A model generated the notes under the pieces. It saw nothing but the letters and a program-made list of their open reading frames with translations. It did not search any database and was not told where the DNA came from. This document shows, one piece after another, positions 31,738 through 42,212 of a stretch of 64,000 nucleotides of DNA. A program made the translations under genes and the position numbers. How positions within the stretch are numbered: the stretch's first letter is position 1; every line of letters begins with the position of its first letter. Source of the DNA: an uncultured Gammaproteobacteria bacterium (lineage in GTDB: Bacteria; Pseudomonadota; Gammaproteobacteria; GCA-001735895); assembly GCA_963793595.1 (NCBI GenBank), contig CAWCBX010000007.1, positions 3,588 to 67,587 on the forward strand, written 5' to 3'.

Positions 31738-32190
31738 CTAGGCGGAAAGCCGCGCTTTGATTAACTGGCTGACTTTGCCCATATCGGCGCGTCCCTGCAG
31801 CTGGGGTTTGAGCATGCCCATGAGTTTGCCCATATCCTTGATGGTAACGGCGCCGGTGGCGCTGATGGATTGTTCGACGAGGTCGTTGATTTCTGCGTCG
31901 GAAAGCGCTTCCGGCAGGTATTCAAGGATAATTTCCAGTTCGGCCTGTTCGATCGCGGTTAGATCATCGCGGCCCGCGCTGTCAAACTGGGTGATTGACT
32001 CGCGACGTTGCTTGGCCATTTTGTCGAGCACCGTGGTAATGCGGTCATTATCCAGCTCGATACGTTCGTCTACCTCGATTTGCTTGATCGCGGAAAGCAT
32101 CAACCGAATTACACCGAGGCGTTCCTTGTTGCCGCTTTTCATCGACGACTTCATGTCGTCCTGTAATCTGGATTTGAGAGTTTCCGACAT
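31738..32190 (-). CDS. GatB/YqeY domain protein
   Basis: LQDDMKSSMKSGNKERLGVIRLMLSAIKQ and the size are typical of YqeY. It lies immediately after rpsU. Confidence 0.85.
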   Translation of the reverse strand: MSETLKSRLQDDMKSSMKSGNKERLGVIRLMLSAIKQIEVDERIELDNDRITTVLDKMAKQRRESITQFDSAGRDDLTAIEQAELEIILEYLPEALSDAEINDLVEQSISATGAVTIKDMGKLMGMLKPQLQGRADMGKVSQLIKARLSA

Positions 32191-32197
32191 TGCGCGG

Positions 32198-32413
32198 CTA
32201 GTAAAGACGTCTGCGGGTACCGAAGTCCTTGGAGATACGCTTGAAATTGCGTTTTACCGCGGCAGCTGATTTGCGCTTGCGCACAGAGGTGGGCTTTTCG
32301 TAGTGTTGACGACGACGCGTCTCGGTCAGCACTCCCGCTTTTTCACATGACCGTTTGAATCGACGCAGTGCGAAATCAAATGGTTCGTTGTCCTTTACTT
32401 TAACTGATGGCAT
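32198..32413 (-). CDS. rpsU: 30S ribosomal protein S21
   Basis: [29 protein letters not shown]...YEKPT..RKR. Confidence 0.97.
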   Translation of the reverse strand: MPSVKVKDNEPFDFALRRFKRSCEKAGVLTETRRRQHYEKPTSVRKRKSAAAVKRNFKRISKDFGTRRRLY

Positions 32414-32533
32414 ATTTGATGATCCAGTTTGTTAAAAATGGTGCCTGCTAAGCGGCCCCGGCTTCAGAGCCGGACAATTATAAGGAGGCGGCACCAAATA
32501 TCAATCGCCAAGCGTAATTAATATCCTGTTTTT

Positions 32534-33550
32534 ATGAAAGTTTTAGGTATCGAAAGTTCATGTGATGAGACTGGAATCGCCGTTTACGATAGCGATAGCG
32601 GACAAATTTGGCAGCGCCTTTATTCGCAAATCGAAAAACATCGTGAATATGGCGGGGTAGTGCCGGAACTGGCGTCGCGCGACCATGTGGTCAAGGCCGC
32701 GCCGATGCTCAGCGAAATTCTGCAGGAAATCGGTTCCATCGATGACATCGATGCGATTACCTATACGCGTGGTCCGGGGTTAATCGGAGCCCTGATGGTG
32801 GGTGCCAATCTGGCGCGAGGCCTTGCCTGGGCGCTCGACAAGCCCGTGCTCGGGGTGCATCACATGGAAGGGCATCTGCTGGCGCCGATGCTGGCGGCAG
32901 AGAAGCCTGAACTGCCATTTGTCGCTTTGCTGGTATCCGGTGGGCACACCATGCTGGTCGATGTTCAGGCGATCGGCGATTATCATATTCTCGGCGAAAC
33001 CCTCGACGATGCGGTTGGTGAAGCTTTTGACAAGACCGCGAAACTACTCGGCTTGCCATACCCAGGGGGGCCCGAATTGGCTGCGCTCGCGGATTCCGTG
33101 TCGCACTCCCGCTTCGAATTTCCGCGCCCGATGGTGAACCGGCCTGGACTCGAATTCAGTTTTAGCGGGTTGAAAACCGCGGTGCTCACGATGGTCAGGA
33201 AGCATGAGCCTCTGGATGATGATCTGCGTGCCGAAATTGCGCATGCGTTCCAGAATGCGGTGGTCGATACGTTGCGTATCAAGTGCCAGCGGGCACTCGC
33301 TGAAACAGGGTATCAAAACCTCATTGTCGCCGGTGGCGTTGGCGCTAACCGGCAGCTGCGCGCGACGCTAGAGCGGTTTGCCAGCGCCCAGCATGCGCGG
33401 GTTTATTTCCCGGCGTTGGAGTACTGTACCGATAACGGCGCAATGATTGCTTACGCTGGCGCATTGCGCGTGCTCGCTGGTCAGCGCGACGAGGCGGTAG
33501 TCGACATACTGCCGCGCTGGTCGCTGGAATCGCTACCGGCAATTCGCTAG
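32534..33550 (+). CDS. tsaD: tRNA N6-threonylcarbamoyladenosine synthesis protein TsaD
   Basis: [17 protein letters not shown] and SGGHT. It is divergent from rpsU, as in E. coli and Pseudomonas. Confidence 0.96.
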   Translation: MKVLGIESSCDETGIAVYDSDSGQIWQRLYSQIEKHREYGGVVPELASRDHVVKAAPMLSEILQEIGSIDDIDAITYTRGPGLIGALMVGANLARGLAWALDKPVLGVHHMEGHLLAPMLAAEKPELPFVALLVSGGHTMLVDVQAIGDYHILGETLDDAVGEAFDKTAKLLGLPYPGGPELAALADSVSHSRFEFPRPMVNRPGLEFSFSGLKTAVLTMVRKHEPLDDDLRAEIAHAFQNAVVDTLRIKCQRALAETGYQNLIVAGGVGANRQLRATLERFASAQHARVYFPALEYCTDNGAMIAYAGALRVLAGQRDEAVVDILPRWSLESLPAIR

Positions 33551-34126
33551 TTAGGCTTCAGTGCCACTGATCAGGCGCTGGATATTATCCTTGTGGCGCC
33601 AGATCAGAATCACCGACAGGGCGACAAAAACGAGGCTGACCGGGAAGTCTTGCACGCGCCAGTAGATGACCAGGGGCAGCACGGCAAACGAAATAATTGC
33701 TGCCAGCGAGGAAATCTTGAATACCTTGGCAAATAGTAACCAGATGCCAATCAGTATGCCGCCGGCGATCCAGTTAAATCCCAGCGTTGCCGCGATCGCG
33801 GTGGCCACGCCCTTGCCGCCCTTAAAGCCAAAGAAAAGTGGAAAACAGTGTCCGCAAAAGGCCGCAAATCCAGTCAACGCGATCACCAGTTGATCTGCCC
33901 CCAGTCCATTTGCCAGCAGGACCGGGACCAGGCCTTTCAGGAAATCCCCAAGCAGGGTGAAAAAAGCCGCTTTTTTGCCGGCGATACGCAGTACATTGGT
34001 GGCACCTGGATTTTTCGAGCCCTCGCTGCGGGGATCTTCGAACCCCATGATCTTGCTCAGCAGGACTGCCGATGATATCGAGCCTAGCAGGTATGCAAAA
34101 CAGATTAAAACAGGAGCTTCGAGCAT
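33551..34126 (-). CDS. plsY: Glycerol-3-phosphate acyltransferase PlsY
   Basis: GSKNPGATNV, FKGGKGVAT and a multi-TM profile. Confidence 0.93.
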   Translation of the reverse strand: MLEAPVLICFAYLLGSISSAVLLSKIMGFEDPRSEGSKNPGATNVLRIAGKKAAFFTLLGDFLKGLVPVLLANGLGADQLVIALTGFAAFCGHCFPLFFGFKGGKGVATAIAATLGFNWIAGGILIGIWLLFAKVFKISSLAAIISFAVLPLVIYWRVQDFPVSLVFVALSVILIWRHKDNIQRLISGTEA

Positions 34127-34207
34127 GGTTGACCGGACCTGAACGTTGTCGGCACTTTAGCAGATAAGAGCGATCCTTACAGCCCGGGGATCGATTACAA
34201 TAATGCA

Positions 34208-34951
34208 ATGAACAATGAGCCACTGATCCTGTTGCACGGTTGGGGTATGCCTGCGGGGGTTTTCGAACCGCTGCTCGAGCTACTCGATGCCACGCAACAG
34301 ATTGTTAGTCCAGGTCTGCCGGGTTACAGCGGCAGTCCGTGGGCAGGTAATCTGTGCTTTGAATTGCAGCTCGAGGCAATGGCGCGCGAATTACCCGACG
34401 GAAGATTGCTGGGTTGGTCGCTGGGCGGCCTGTATGCGATTGAGCTCGCATTGCGTTACCCGCAACAATTCAGCGAAGTTATCCTGGTTGCCTGCAATCC
34501 CAGTTTCACCAGGCGGCCGGGCTGGGAATGTGCGCTCGATGCTGCAGTCCTCGATACTTTTGCTGCTGAGTTGAAGCAGGACTGGCGACGCACGATGCGC
34601 CGCTTTCTGGCGTTGCAGATGCAGGGCGAGGACGCAGCGCGACAGCTTGTGCGCTCGGTGTGGCAGCAAATGATTGCCGCCGGTGAGCCTGATATCGCTG
34701 TGCTCGACTTCGGCCTTGAATTACTCAAAAACTGGGATGCGCGGCCTGGCCTGGGCCAGCTTACACAGCCGGTTCACCTGATTCTTGGTGAACGTGATCG
34801 CCTGGTGCCGATTGCGTTACAGCAACAAATCGCTGATGTTGCCAGCGGGATTCAGGTAGAATCCGTCGCCGGTGCCGCCCACGCCCCGTTTTTATCGAAT
34901 CCGGCGGTGGTTGCCATGCGTCTTCAAGATGTGTGCAAGCCACGCCCATGA
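34208..34951 (+). CDS. bioH: Pimeloyl-ACP methyl ester esterase (BioH-like alpha/beta hydrolase)
   Basis: LILLHGWG, the nucleophile elbow GWSLGG and a C-terminal AAHAPF. It is adjacent to bioC. Confidence 0.7.
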   Translation: MNNEPLILLHGWGMPAGVFEPLLELLDATQQIVSPGLPGYSGSPWAGNLCFELQLEAMARELPDGRLLGWSLGGLYAIELALRYPQQFSEVILVACNPSFTRRPGWECALDAAVLDTFAAELKQDWRRTMRRFLALQMQGEDAARQLVRSVWQQMIAAGEPDIAVLDFGLELLKNWDARPGLGQLTQPVHLILGERDRLVPIALQQQIADVASGIQVESVAGAAHAPFLSNPAVVAMRLQDVCKPRP

Positions 34952-34969
34952 CTATGCCCAGGAGACTCG

Positions 34970-35779
34970 TTGGATCTGCTTAATCCGCCCCGGCTGGATA
35001 AACAATCTGTAAAAAAATCCTTCAATCGTGCTGCTAAAAGCTACGATCATGCGGCTATTTTGCAGGAAGAGTTGCTAAATCGGCTGCTAGAAAGGTTGCA
35101 GTATATACGTCACCAACCGGAGACAATAGTCGATATCGGCTGTGGTACCGGCAAGGGTGTGCGTGGCCTGCAAAAGGTGTATCCGCGAGCACGGATCTGT
35201 GCCGCCGACATCGCTTACGAAATGTTGTTACAGGCCCGTTCCAGTTTCCGCCTGTTATCGAAAAAACGCCTGGTTACCGCTGATATGGAACGGCTTCCGT
35301 TTGCCGCACAGAGTTTTGATCTGGTGTTTTCATCGTTGGCCCTGCAATGGAGCAATGATCTGCGCACAACCCTTGATGAATTTGCGCGCGTGTCAAGGCC
35401 GGGAGCGTTACTGATGTTCTCAAGCTTCGGCCCGGGCACATTACAGGAACTTGCCGCCAGCTGGCAGGCGCTCGATCCTCACCCGCATGTACATCGATTT
35501 ATCGACATGCACGATGTGGGTGACGCGTTGCTGGCATCGGGTTTTGCGCATCCTGTGGTCGACGCCGAAACGATTCGCATGGAATATCGAGACTTCAGAG
35601 CCCTGCTCGATGACCTGAGGAATATCGGTGCCAGTAATGCCGAAATCGGTCGGCGACGTGGTTTGATGACACCAGGGCAACTGCGCAGACTGGAGGCCAG
35701 TTATCGCGATAATGGCTATGAGAACGACAGGTTTATCGCGTCCTACGAGGTCGTCTACGGACACGCCTGGATTACATAA
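34970..35779 (+). CDS. bioC: Malonyl-ACP O-methyltransferase
   Basis: FNRAAKSYDHAA, the SAM motif DIGCGTG and LQW. A TTG start lies 4 nt after AGGAGA. Confidence 0.75.
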   Translation: MDLLNPPRLDKQSVKKSFNRAAKSYDHAAILQEELLNRLLERLQYIRHQPETIVDIGCGTGKGVRGLQKVYPRARICAADIAYEMLLQARSSFRLLSKKRLVTADMERLPFAAQSFDLVFSSLALQWSNDLRTTLDEFARVSRPGALLMFSSFGPGTLQELAASWQALDPHPHVHRFIDMHDVGDALLASGFAHPVVDAETIRMEYRDFRALLDDLRNIGASNAEIGRRRGLMTPGQLRRLEASYRDNGYENDRFIASYEVVYGHAWIT

Positions 35780-35800
35780 GTCCCCCAAAGTTAGCGCGGA

Positions 35801-36046
35801 TTATGAGCCGGGTAAAACGCCGTGGGGTTGAATCCAGCCCATGTAGAACGAGATGGCAATGAAAATGAAAGTGACAATCGACAAGGCAATGCGAATCGTC
35901 AGTAAACTAACCGTGCGGTTGGAGTTTTCACGATCCTTGATCATGCTGAACATGCTGGCGGCCAGGCTGAGCACGATCAGTCCGAGCAGGACCCCGATGA
36001 TGATTTTTACGCTTAACATGGAATTTAAACTATTGATCCGAAGCAC
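35801..36046 (-). CDS. Small twin-TM protein (DUF2909-like) of cytochrome oxidase clusters
   Basis: Two hydrophobic helices, a small size and a position next to SURF1. The start may be the internal Met at 36019. Confidence 0.5.
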   Translation of the reverse strand: MLRINSLNSMLSVKIIIGVLLGLIVLSLAASMFSMIKDRENSNRTVSLLTIRIALSIVTFIFIAISFYMGWIQPHGVLPGS

Positions 36047-36076
36047 TAGTTTACTGGATCGGCGGGCGATGTCGAT

Positions 36077-36793
36077 ATGATGATTGGTCGGCGCAGGTTT
36101 ATGCCCACCTGGAGGTCTATTGCGCTGACCGTGATGGCTGTGTTGCTATTTAGTGCCCTGGGATGGTGGCAACTCGAGCGCGCTGACTATAAAGATTCGA
36201 TCGAGCTTAAATTTGAACAACGACTGGTGGAGCCATATCAATTGCTATCATCGACTGATGATCTGACTGATATCGAGTATCGTAAGTTATTGCTGAAAGG
36301 ACGCTACGATAATGCGCGTAACTTGCTGGTCGACAACCAGTTGCATCGTGGCAGGGCGGGCTACTACGTGCTCACCCCGTTGCTGCTCGCCGACAGCGAC
36401 TACGTGATTCTGGTGAATCGCGGCTGGGCAGCCTGGGGTGAATCGAGGAATGACCTGGCAGCCATTCCCGAGCCGGTAAATGTCGATGGTGTCGCTGGCA
36501 TCGCCTATTTTCCGAGCGAGCCCGCGTTGCGCCTTGGCGATCCCGGTTTGGCCGACCGCTGGCCGAGGCTGATTCCGTATATCGATATAGAGTCTCTGCA
36601 GGCCCAATTTTCTGGTCAGTTGCTGCCGATCGTATTGTGGTTGGCACCGGAACAGGAGGGTTATTATGTGCGCGACTGGAACCCGGTGTGGATGCGTCCC
36701 GAAAAGAGCCGGGCCTACGCAACCCAGTGGTTTGCCTTTGCGCTTTTGGCGCTGGTGTTTTTTGTAATTTTAAATCTGCGGAAAATTGAATGA
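36077..36793 (+). CDS. SURF1-family cytochrome oxidase assembly protein
   Basis: N- and C-terminal TM helices, LGWWQLERADYK and VLVNRGW. Confidence 0.85.
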   Translation: MMIGRRRFMPTWRSIALTVMAVLLFSALGWWQLERADYKDSIELKFEQRLVEPYQLLSSTDDLTDIEYRKLLLKGRYDNARNLLVDNQLHRGRAGYYVLTPLLLADSDYVILVNRGWAAWGESRNDLAAIPEPVNVDGVAGIAYFPSEPALRLGDPGLADRWPRLIPYIDIESLQAQFSGQLLPIVLWLAPEQEGYYVRDWNPVWMRPEKSRAYATQWFAFALLALVFFVILNLRKIE

Positions 36794-37395
36794 ACCAGGA
36801 TAAATCAAAATCATTGCTTTGGCACCGGATCAAGTTCCTGGCCCTGATAGCGGTTTTTTTATCGCCCTTTATCGGTGGCTGGCTTGCGCTCTATGTGTTT
36901 GATGTCAAGCCAACCAGCGGCAACTATGGCACTCTGATTGCTCCGGTCAAAAGATTAAACTGGCCGGCTCTCGAATCCATGGATGGTCAGCGTTACGAGG
37001 CTGGCTTCGGGCGTAAGTGGACCCTGCTGTTGTTCGCCGGTGATTCCTGCAACGAGTTGTGTCGCAACAACCTGTTTTACATGCGCCAGATAAGAACTCT
37101 GCTCGGCAAAGACACGCTGCGTTTGCAAAACGTGCTGATCAGCTCGGCTCCGCTAAGCGAGTCGAGCAGAATCTACCTGCAGGATTTCCCGAATTTGAAA
37201 GTGATAGAGAATAACGGCGATCAGGATCTCTACAGACAGTTCTACCTGGACGGCTATGGCGAAGTCGGCAGTTCACCCAAAATGTACCTGGTGGATCCGG
37301 ATCAGAACCTGATGATGCACTATCCGGCGGAGAGCGATCATAACCGTATGCTCGAGGACGTTAAAAAGCTGATGAAGTTATCCCAGATCGGCTGA
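36790..37395 (+). CDS. Membrane-anchored SCO1/SenC-like thioredoxin-fold protein (CxxxC)
   Basis: An N-terminal TM helix, WTLLLFAGDSCNELC laid out like SCO proteins, and a cox-cluster context. It shares an ATGA overlap with SURF1. Confidence 0.5.
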   Translation: MNQDKSKSLLWHRIKFLALIAVFLSPFIGGWLALYVFDVKPTSGNYGTLIAPVKRLNWPALESMDGQRYEAGFGRKWTLLLFAGDSCNELCRNNLFYMRQIRTLLGKDTLRLQNVLISSAPLSESSRIYLQDFPNLKVIENNGDQDLYRQFYLDGYGEVGSSPKMYLVDPDQNLMMHYPAESDHNRMLEDVKKLMKLSQIG

Positions 37396-37484
37396 ATCTG
37401 CTATGATCGCGCGATTGAATCGGGCTGGAAATGCCTGTATAAAGGCCACCTTCCGCGAAGCTACGAAGATTCAACGATTTCCAG

Positions 37485-38387
37485 ATGACAGCGCTGACAC
37501 TCAATTCCTGGTCACAATACTATAGCCTGACCAAGCCGAAGGTAGTCTACCTGATCGTGTTTACCGCGATGGTGGGTATGTTGCTGGCGGCTGAAGGTGC
37601 CCCCCCGATCGATACTTTCGTCTTCGGTCTGCTCGGCATAGGGCTGGCCGCGGCTTCTGGTGCCGCGATCAATCATGTGGTCGACGAGCATATCGACCGG
37701 ATCATGGAGCGTACCCGCAATCGACCCCTGGTCAGCGGTGAGCTTGATCAGAAGTCGGCGCTGATTTTTGCGCTTTCGCTCGGCGCACTCGGCATTGCCA
37801 TGCTGGTTATTTTCGTCAACCTCCTGACCGCGGTGCTGACCTTTTTCTCACTGGTAGGTTACGCGCTGATCTACACCATGTACCTGAAGCGGGCGACGCC
37901 GCAGAATATTGTGCTCGGGGGCGCCGCGGGTGCAGCACCGCCATTGCTCGGCTGGACAGCGGTCACTGGAACCGTCGATACTGAAGCCCTGCTGCTGTTC
38001 CTGATCATTTTTGTCTGGACCCCGCCGCATTTCTGGGCCCTGGCGATTCGTCGCCGCGAAGAATATGCCAGGGCCGGCATTCCGATGTTGCCTGTGACCC
38101 ACGGCGTTGACTTCACCAAGATCCAGATTCTGCTCTACACCATCCTGCTGTTCGTGGTCACGATGATGCCTTTTATTGTGCAGATGAGCGGTTTGGTATA
38201 CCTGGCCGGGGCGGTCGCGCTGGGGATAGGTTTCCTGTATTACGCGATCAAGCTGTATCGTGACAAACAGCCCAATGTTATTGCGATGAAAACCTTTGGC
38301 TACTCGATCTTTTACCTCAGCCTGTTGTTTGCATTTTTACTGGTCGATCATTACGCGCGGGTTTTCATCCGTGGCTGGTTCCTCTAG
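37485..38387 (+). CDS. cyoE: Protoheme IX farnesyltransferase (heme O synthase)
   Basis: UbiA-family motifs NHVVDEHIDRIMERTRNRPL and a second Asp-rich region. Nine TM helices. Confidence 0.93.
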   Translation: MTALTLNSWSQYYSLTKPKVVYLIVFTAMVGMLLAAEGAPPIDTFVFGLLGIGLAAASGAAINHVVDEHIDRIMERTRNRPLVSGELDQKSALIFALSLGALGIAMLVIFVNLLTAVLTFFSLVGYALIYTMYLKRATPQNIVLGGAAGAAPPLLGWTAVTGTVDTEALLLFLIIFVWTPPHFWALAIRRREEYARAGIPMLPVTHGVDFTKIQILLYTILLFVVTMMPFIVQMSGLVYLAGAVALGIGFLYYAIKLYRDKQPNVIAMKTFGYSIFYLSLLFAFLLVDHYARVFIRGWFL

Positions 38388-38392
38388 AGAAC

Positions 38393-38626
38393 CTAGTTTC
38401 CGGTAAAGTGCAGCACCAGTTGCACCACGCCGATAATCGTCAGCACGAATACCACGCCGAATAATAATCCCATCCAGATAAAATGGGACATTCTCCCCTG
38501 CGTGAAATCCCGTTCCCGGTTGGCATTGCTCTGCACGCCGAGGAAGGCGGAGAAGGTGCTTTTGAGGAGTTGACCGAAGCTTAACTGCGCTTGCTCTTTG
38601 GGACGGCTTTCTTCGGTATCATTCAA
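38393..38626 (-). CDS. DUF2970-like small membrane protein
   Basis: FLGVQSNANRERDF followed by one TM helix. The ORF is open up to 38719, but a TTG at 38626 preceded by AGGA gives the usual ~77 aa size. The start is uncertain. Confidence 0.5.
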   Translation of the reverse strand: MNDTEESRPKEQAQLSFGQLLKSTFSAFLGVQSNANRERDFTQGRMSHFIWMGLLFGVVFVLTIIGVVQLVLHFTGN

Positions 38627-38719
38627 GATTGTAATCCTGCGAAATTTTTTCGATTGGGTATTGTCGCAGCTCAGCTTAAGTGATGAAATACCTCTTCGCG
38701 AATAGATTGCAATATTCAC

Positions 38720-39199
38720 ATGGTTAGCATTAGCAAAGTTGATTCCGGTGATAGCTACCGTTTCGTGCTGGCTCCCAATTGTTCCATTAGCTGGCGCGAG
38801 CTGCTGTTGTTTTATCTTCTCACCTGTCTGGTCGCGCTCTCCGTAGGGTTATTTTTTACGCTACAGGGCCTGTGGCTGGTGTTGCCATTTTCCGGGCTTG
38901 AGATGCTCGCCCTCGGCATAGGGTTGTATTTGACTTCGCGCAAAGTGTATCGCAGGGAGGTTATTACGCTCGACCCGGAGCTTACTCGGATCGAAAAGGG
39001 CGTGCAGCGAATCGATCAGAGCTGGGAATTCAAAACTCCGTGGATACGCATCATCGATGAACTGCCTGATCGCCGGAGGCCGAGGCGCAAGCTTGCTATC
39101 AGCATGTACGGGGAGTCTGTCGAGGTGGGGAGTTTTCTTGCGGATTCGGAAAAGGACCAGCTAGCCTTTCAATTGAAAGACTGTATAATCCGAGAGTGA
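38720..39199 (+). CDS. DUF2244-like integral membrane protein (cox-cluster associated)
   Basis: LAPNCSISW, two TM helices (LFFTLQGLWLVLPFSGLEMLAL) and a position directly upstream of coxB. Confidence 0.55.
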   Translation: MVSISKVDSGDSYRFVLAPNCSISWRELLLFYLLTCLVALSVGLFFTLQGLWLVLPFSGLEMLALGIGLYLTSRKVYRREVITLDPELTRIEKGVQRIDQSWEFKTPWIRIIDELPDRRRPRRKLAISMYGESVEVGSFLADSEKDQLAFQLKDCIIRE

Positions 39200-39311
39200 T
39201 TTAAGCGCCGTCTGGACTTTCAATTCAGGTGGCATTTTTGTGTTTATATGCCGGCGTGCGCACCGTGCTACCCAGAATAAAATGGCGGGCGTGTGTTCCA
39301 GGGAGTTGAGA

Positions 39312-40445
39312 ATGATATTTAACAAGTTGTCCAGACGTTTCTCAGTCATCGTCGGGGGCCTGGTTTCGATGTTGTCGATGTCCACCGCCCAGGCCGAATA
39401 CGAATTGAACATGACCGAGGGCGTAACCCCGATCAGCCATCAGCTTTACAGTCTGCATATGCTGGTTTTCTGGATCTGTGTCGGCATCGGCGTTCTCGTG
39501 TTTGGTGTGATGGCTTATTCGATATTGCATCACCGCAAATCCAGGGGCGCCCAGGCAGCCAATTTTCATGAAAGCACCACTGTCGAAATCATCTGGACCG
39601 TGGTGCCGCTGGTCATCCTGATCGGTATCGCGATTCCGGCCACCGGCACGCTGCTCGATCTGGAAGATGCCAAGACCGACGCCGACATCACGGTGCAGGT
39701 CACCGGCATTCAGTGGAAATGGAAATACACCTTTGTCGATGATGACGTGAGCTTTATCAGCAGCCTGGCGCAAAGCAGTCGCGACGTGATCAAAGATCCT
39801 ACCGGCAACGAAAACTACCTGCTCGAGGTCGACAAGCCACTGGTTTTGCCGGTCGGCAAAAAGATCCGCTTTCTGTTTCATTCCAACGACGTTATTCATG
39901 CCTGGTGGGTGCCTGAACTTGCGGTCAAGCAGGATTCTATCCCCGGGTTTATCAATGATTCATGGGCAACCATCGAGGAACCCGGTGTTTACCGTGGGCA
40001 GTGCGCCGAGTTGTGCGGCAAGGACCATGGCTTCATGCCGATCGTCGTCAATGCCGTTAGCGAACCCGAGTACGAGGCATGGCTCGCCGGTATGAAATCC
40101 GAAGCCGCTGCTGCCGCCTCGGCAGCCGACCAGGAATGGTCGATGCAGGATCTGGTGGCCCGTGGCGAAACCGTTTACCAGGCCAACTGTGCGGCCTGTC
40201 ATGGGCCTACTGGTGCGGGAATCCCGGGTGCCTTTCCGGCGATGACCGGCAGTGCAATCGTCAATGGTCCGGCTGCGGGTCATATTGATATTATAGTTAA
40301 CGGCAAGGCCGGAACTGCGATGGCGGCGTTCAAGACGCAACTGAATGATGTTGATATCGCCGCGGTTATTACCTATGAGCGCAATAGTCTGGGCAACAGC
40401 GTGGGTGATATGGTCCAGCCATCCGCGATCAAGAATGCAAGATAA
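39312..40445 (+). CDS. coxB: Cytochrome c oxidase subunit II with a C-terminal monoheme cytochrome c domain
   Basis: Signal peptide plus two TM helices, the CuA site H-x34-CAELCGKDHGFM, and C-terminal CAACHG. The start is taken at the ATG after GGAG (39312). Confidence 0.93.
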   Translation: MIFNKLSRRFSVIVGGLVSMLSMSTAQAEYELNMTEGVTPISHQLYSLHMLVFWICVGIGVLVFGVMAYSILHHRKSRGAQAANFHESTTVEIIWTVVPLVILIGIAIPATGTLLDLEDAKTDADITVQVTGIQWKWKYTFVDDDVSFISSLAQSSRDVIKDPTGNENYLLEVDKPLVLPVGKKIRFLFHSNDVIHAWWVPELAVKQDSIPGFINDSWATIEEPGVYRGQCAELCGKDHGFMPIVVNAVSEPEYEAWLAGMKSEAAAAASAADQEWSMQDLVARGETVYQANCAACHGPTGAGIPGAFPAMTGSAIVNGPAAGHIDIIVNGKAGTAMAAFKTQLNDVDIAAVITYERNSLGNSVGDMVQPSAIKNAR

Positions 40446-40458
40446 GGGGAATTACTAG

Positions 40459-42060
40459 ATGTCTACTGAAATTACACATGACGGTCACGAAGCGCACGAA
40501 GATCACGATCATCACGGTCCTGCCAAGGGTCTGATGCGCTGGGTTACCACGACCAACCATAAGGATATCGGCACACTTTACCTGTGGCTCTCATTTATCA
40601 TGCTGCTGTACGGTGGATCGATGGCAATGGTGATTCGCCTCGAGTTGTTCCAGCCCGGACTGCAATGGGTCGAACCTCATTTCTTCAACCAGATGACCAC
40701 CATGCACGGCCTGGTAATGGTGTTTGGCGCGATTATGCCGGCCTTCGTCGGACTTGCTAACTGGCTGATTCCAATCATGATAGGGGCGCCGGATATGGCG
40801 CTGCCGCGAATGAATAACTGGAGCTTCTGGATTCTGCCTTTCGCGTTCACCATGCTGGCTTCCACTACCTTGATGGAAGGTGGGGCTCCGGCATTTGGCT
40901 GGACCTTCTATGCGCCGCTGTCGACCACCTTTGCGCCGGATTCGACCGATTTCTTTATCTTCGCGGTGCACCTGATGGGTATCTCTTCGGTGATGGGCGC
41001 GATCAACGTTATCGCTACAATCCTGAACATGCGTGCGCCCGGTATGACGCTGATGAAAATGCCATTGTTCGTGTGGACCTGGCTGATTACGGCTTACCTG
41101 TTGATCGCGGTTATGCCGGTGCTTGCGGGTGCAGTTACGATGATGCTCACCGACCGTCATTTTGGCACGTCATTTTTCGATGCCGCCGGTGGTGGCGATC
41201 CGGTCATGTTCCAGCATATATTCTGGTTCTTCGGTCATCCCGAAGTTTACATCATGATTCTGCCGGCCTTCGGTGTCATCTCGGCCATCGTCCCCACCTT
41301 TGCGCGCAAGCCACTGTTCGGTTATAGCTCCATGGTGTACGCCAGTGCGTCAATCGCAATCCTGTCTTTCATGGTCTGGGCGCATCATATGTTCACTACC
41401 GGAATGCCGGTTGCAGGCGAGCTCTACTTTATGTATGCGACTATCCTGATTTCAGTTCCGACCGGGGTTAAAGTCTTCAACTGGGTAACTACCATGTGGA
41501 AAGGCTCGATGACTTTCGAGACGCCGATGTTGTGGGCGCTGGGTTTCATCGTCATGTTTACCATCGGTGGTTTCTCGGGGTTGATGCTGGGTGTCGCACC
41601 GGTTGATACGCAGTATCACGACACTTATTTTGTGGTCGCGCACTTCCATTATGTGCTGGTTACCGGCGCACTTTACTCGATCATCGCCGCGTTCTACTAC
41701 TGGGTGCCGAAGTGGACCGGTCATATGTACGACGAAAAACTCGGCAAGATCCATTTCTGGTGGTCCACGATTGCGGTTAACGTGCTGTTCTTCCCACAGC
41801 ATTTTGTTGGACTAGCCGGTATGCCGCGGCGGATTCCGGATTACTCGTTACAGTTCGCCGAGTTCAATATGATTTCGAGTATTGGCGGATTTGCCTTTGG
41901 TCTGGCGCAGGTATTCTTCCTGTACATCGTGATCAAGACGATCAAGGGCGGTGAGAAAGCGACCGATCGAGTCTGGGAAGGCGCGACGGGTCTCGAGTTC
42001 GAGCAACTGTCGTCACCGCCGCCGTACCACAGCTTTACCGAAGCCCCTACGGTTAAATAA
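40459..42060 (+). CDS. coxA: Cytochrome c oxidase subunit I
   Basis: TTNHKDIGTLYL, WFFGHPEVYI, and HHMF. Confidence 0.97.
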   Translation: MSTEITHDGHEAHEDHDHHGPAKGLMRWVTTTNHKDIGTLYLWLSFIMLLYGGSMAMVIRLELFQPGLQWVEPHFFNQMTTMHGLVMVFGAIMPAFVGLANWLIPIMIGAPDMALPRMNNWSFWILPFAFTMLASTTLMEGGAPAFGWTFYAPLSTTFAPDSTDFFIFAVHLMGISSVMGAINVIATILNMRAPGMTLMKMPLFVWTWLITAYLLIAVMPVLAGAVTMMLTDRHFGTSFFDAAGGGDPVMFQHIFWFFGHPEVYIMILPAFGVISAIVPTFARKPLFGYSSMVYASASIAILSFMVWAHHMFTTGMPVAGELYFMYATILISVPTGVKVFNWVTTMWKGSMTFETPMLWALGFIVMFTIGGFSGLMLGVAPVDTQYHDTYFVVAHFHYVLVTGALYSIIAAFYYWVPKWTGHMYDEKLGKIHFWWSTIAVNVLFFPQHFVGLAGMPRRIPDYSLQFAEFNMISSIGGFAFGLAQVFFLYIVIKTIKGGEKATDRVWEGATGLEFEQLSSPPPYHSFTEAPTVK

Positions 42061-42080
42061 GAGGGCTTCTGGCGCAATTG

Positions 42081-42212
42081 ATGCAAGAAGATCAGCATCA
42101 GGATTTCACTTCCGCAGAGAGGCGTAAACGCACTCTGTGGATCGTGGCTGCGCATGTGCTGATAGGCGTGACTTTTTTTATCGCGACCTTTTTCTGGGGG
42201 AATTTTGAGTGA
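42081..42212 (+). CDS. Candidate 43-aa single-TM micro-protein between coxA and cox11
   Basis: My translation: MQEDQHQDFTSAERRKRTLWIVAAHVLIGVTFFIATFFWGNFE. Its stop overlaps the GTG start of cox11 (GTGA). There is no homology evidence. Confidence 0.3.
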   Translation: MQEDQHQDFTSAERRKRTLWIVAAHVLIGVTFFIATFFWGNFE

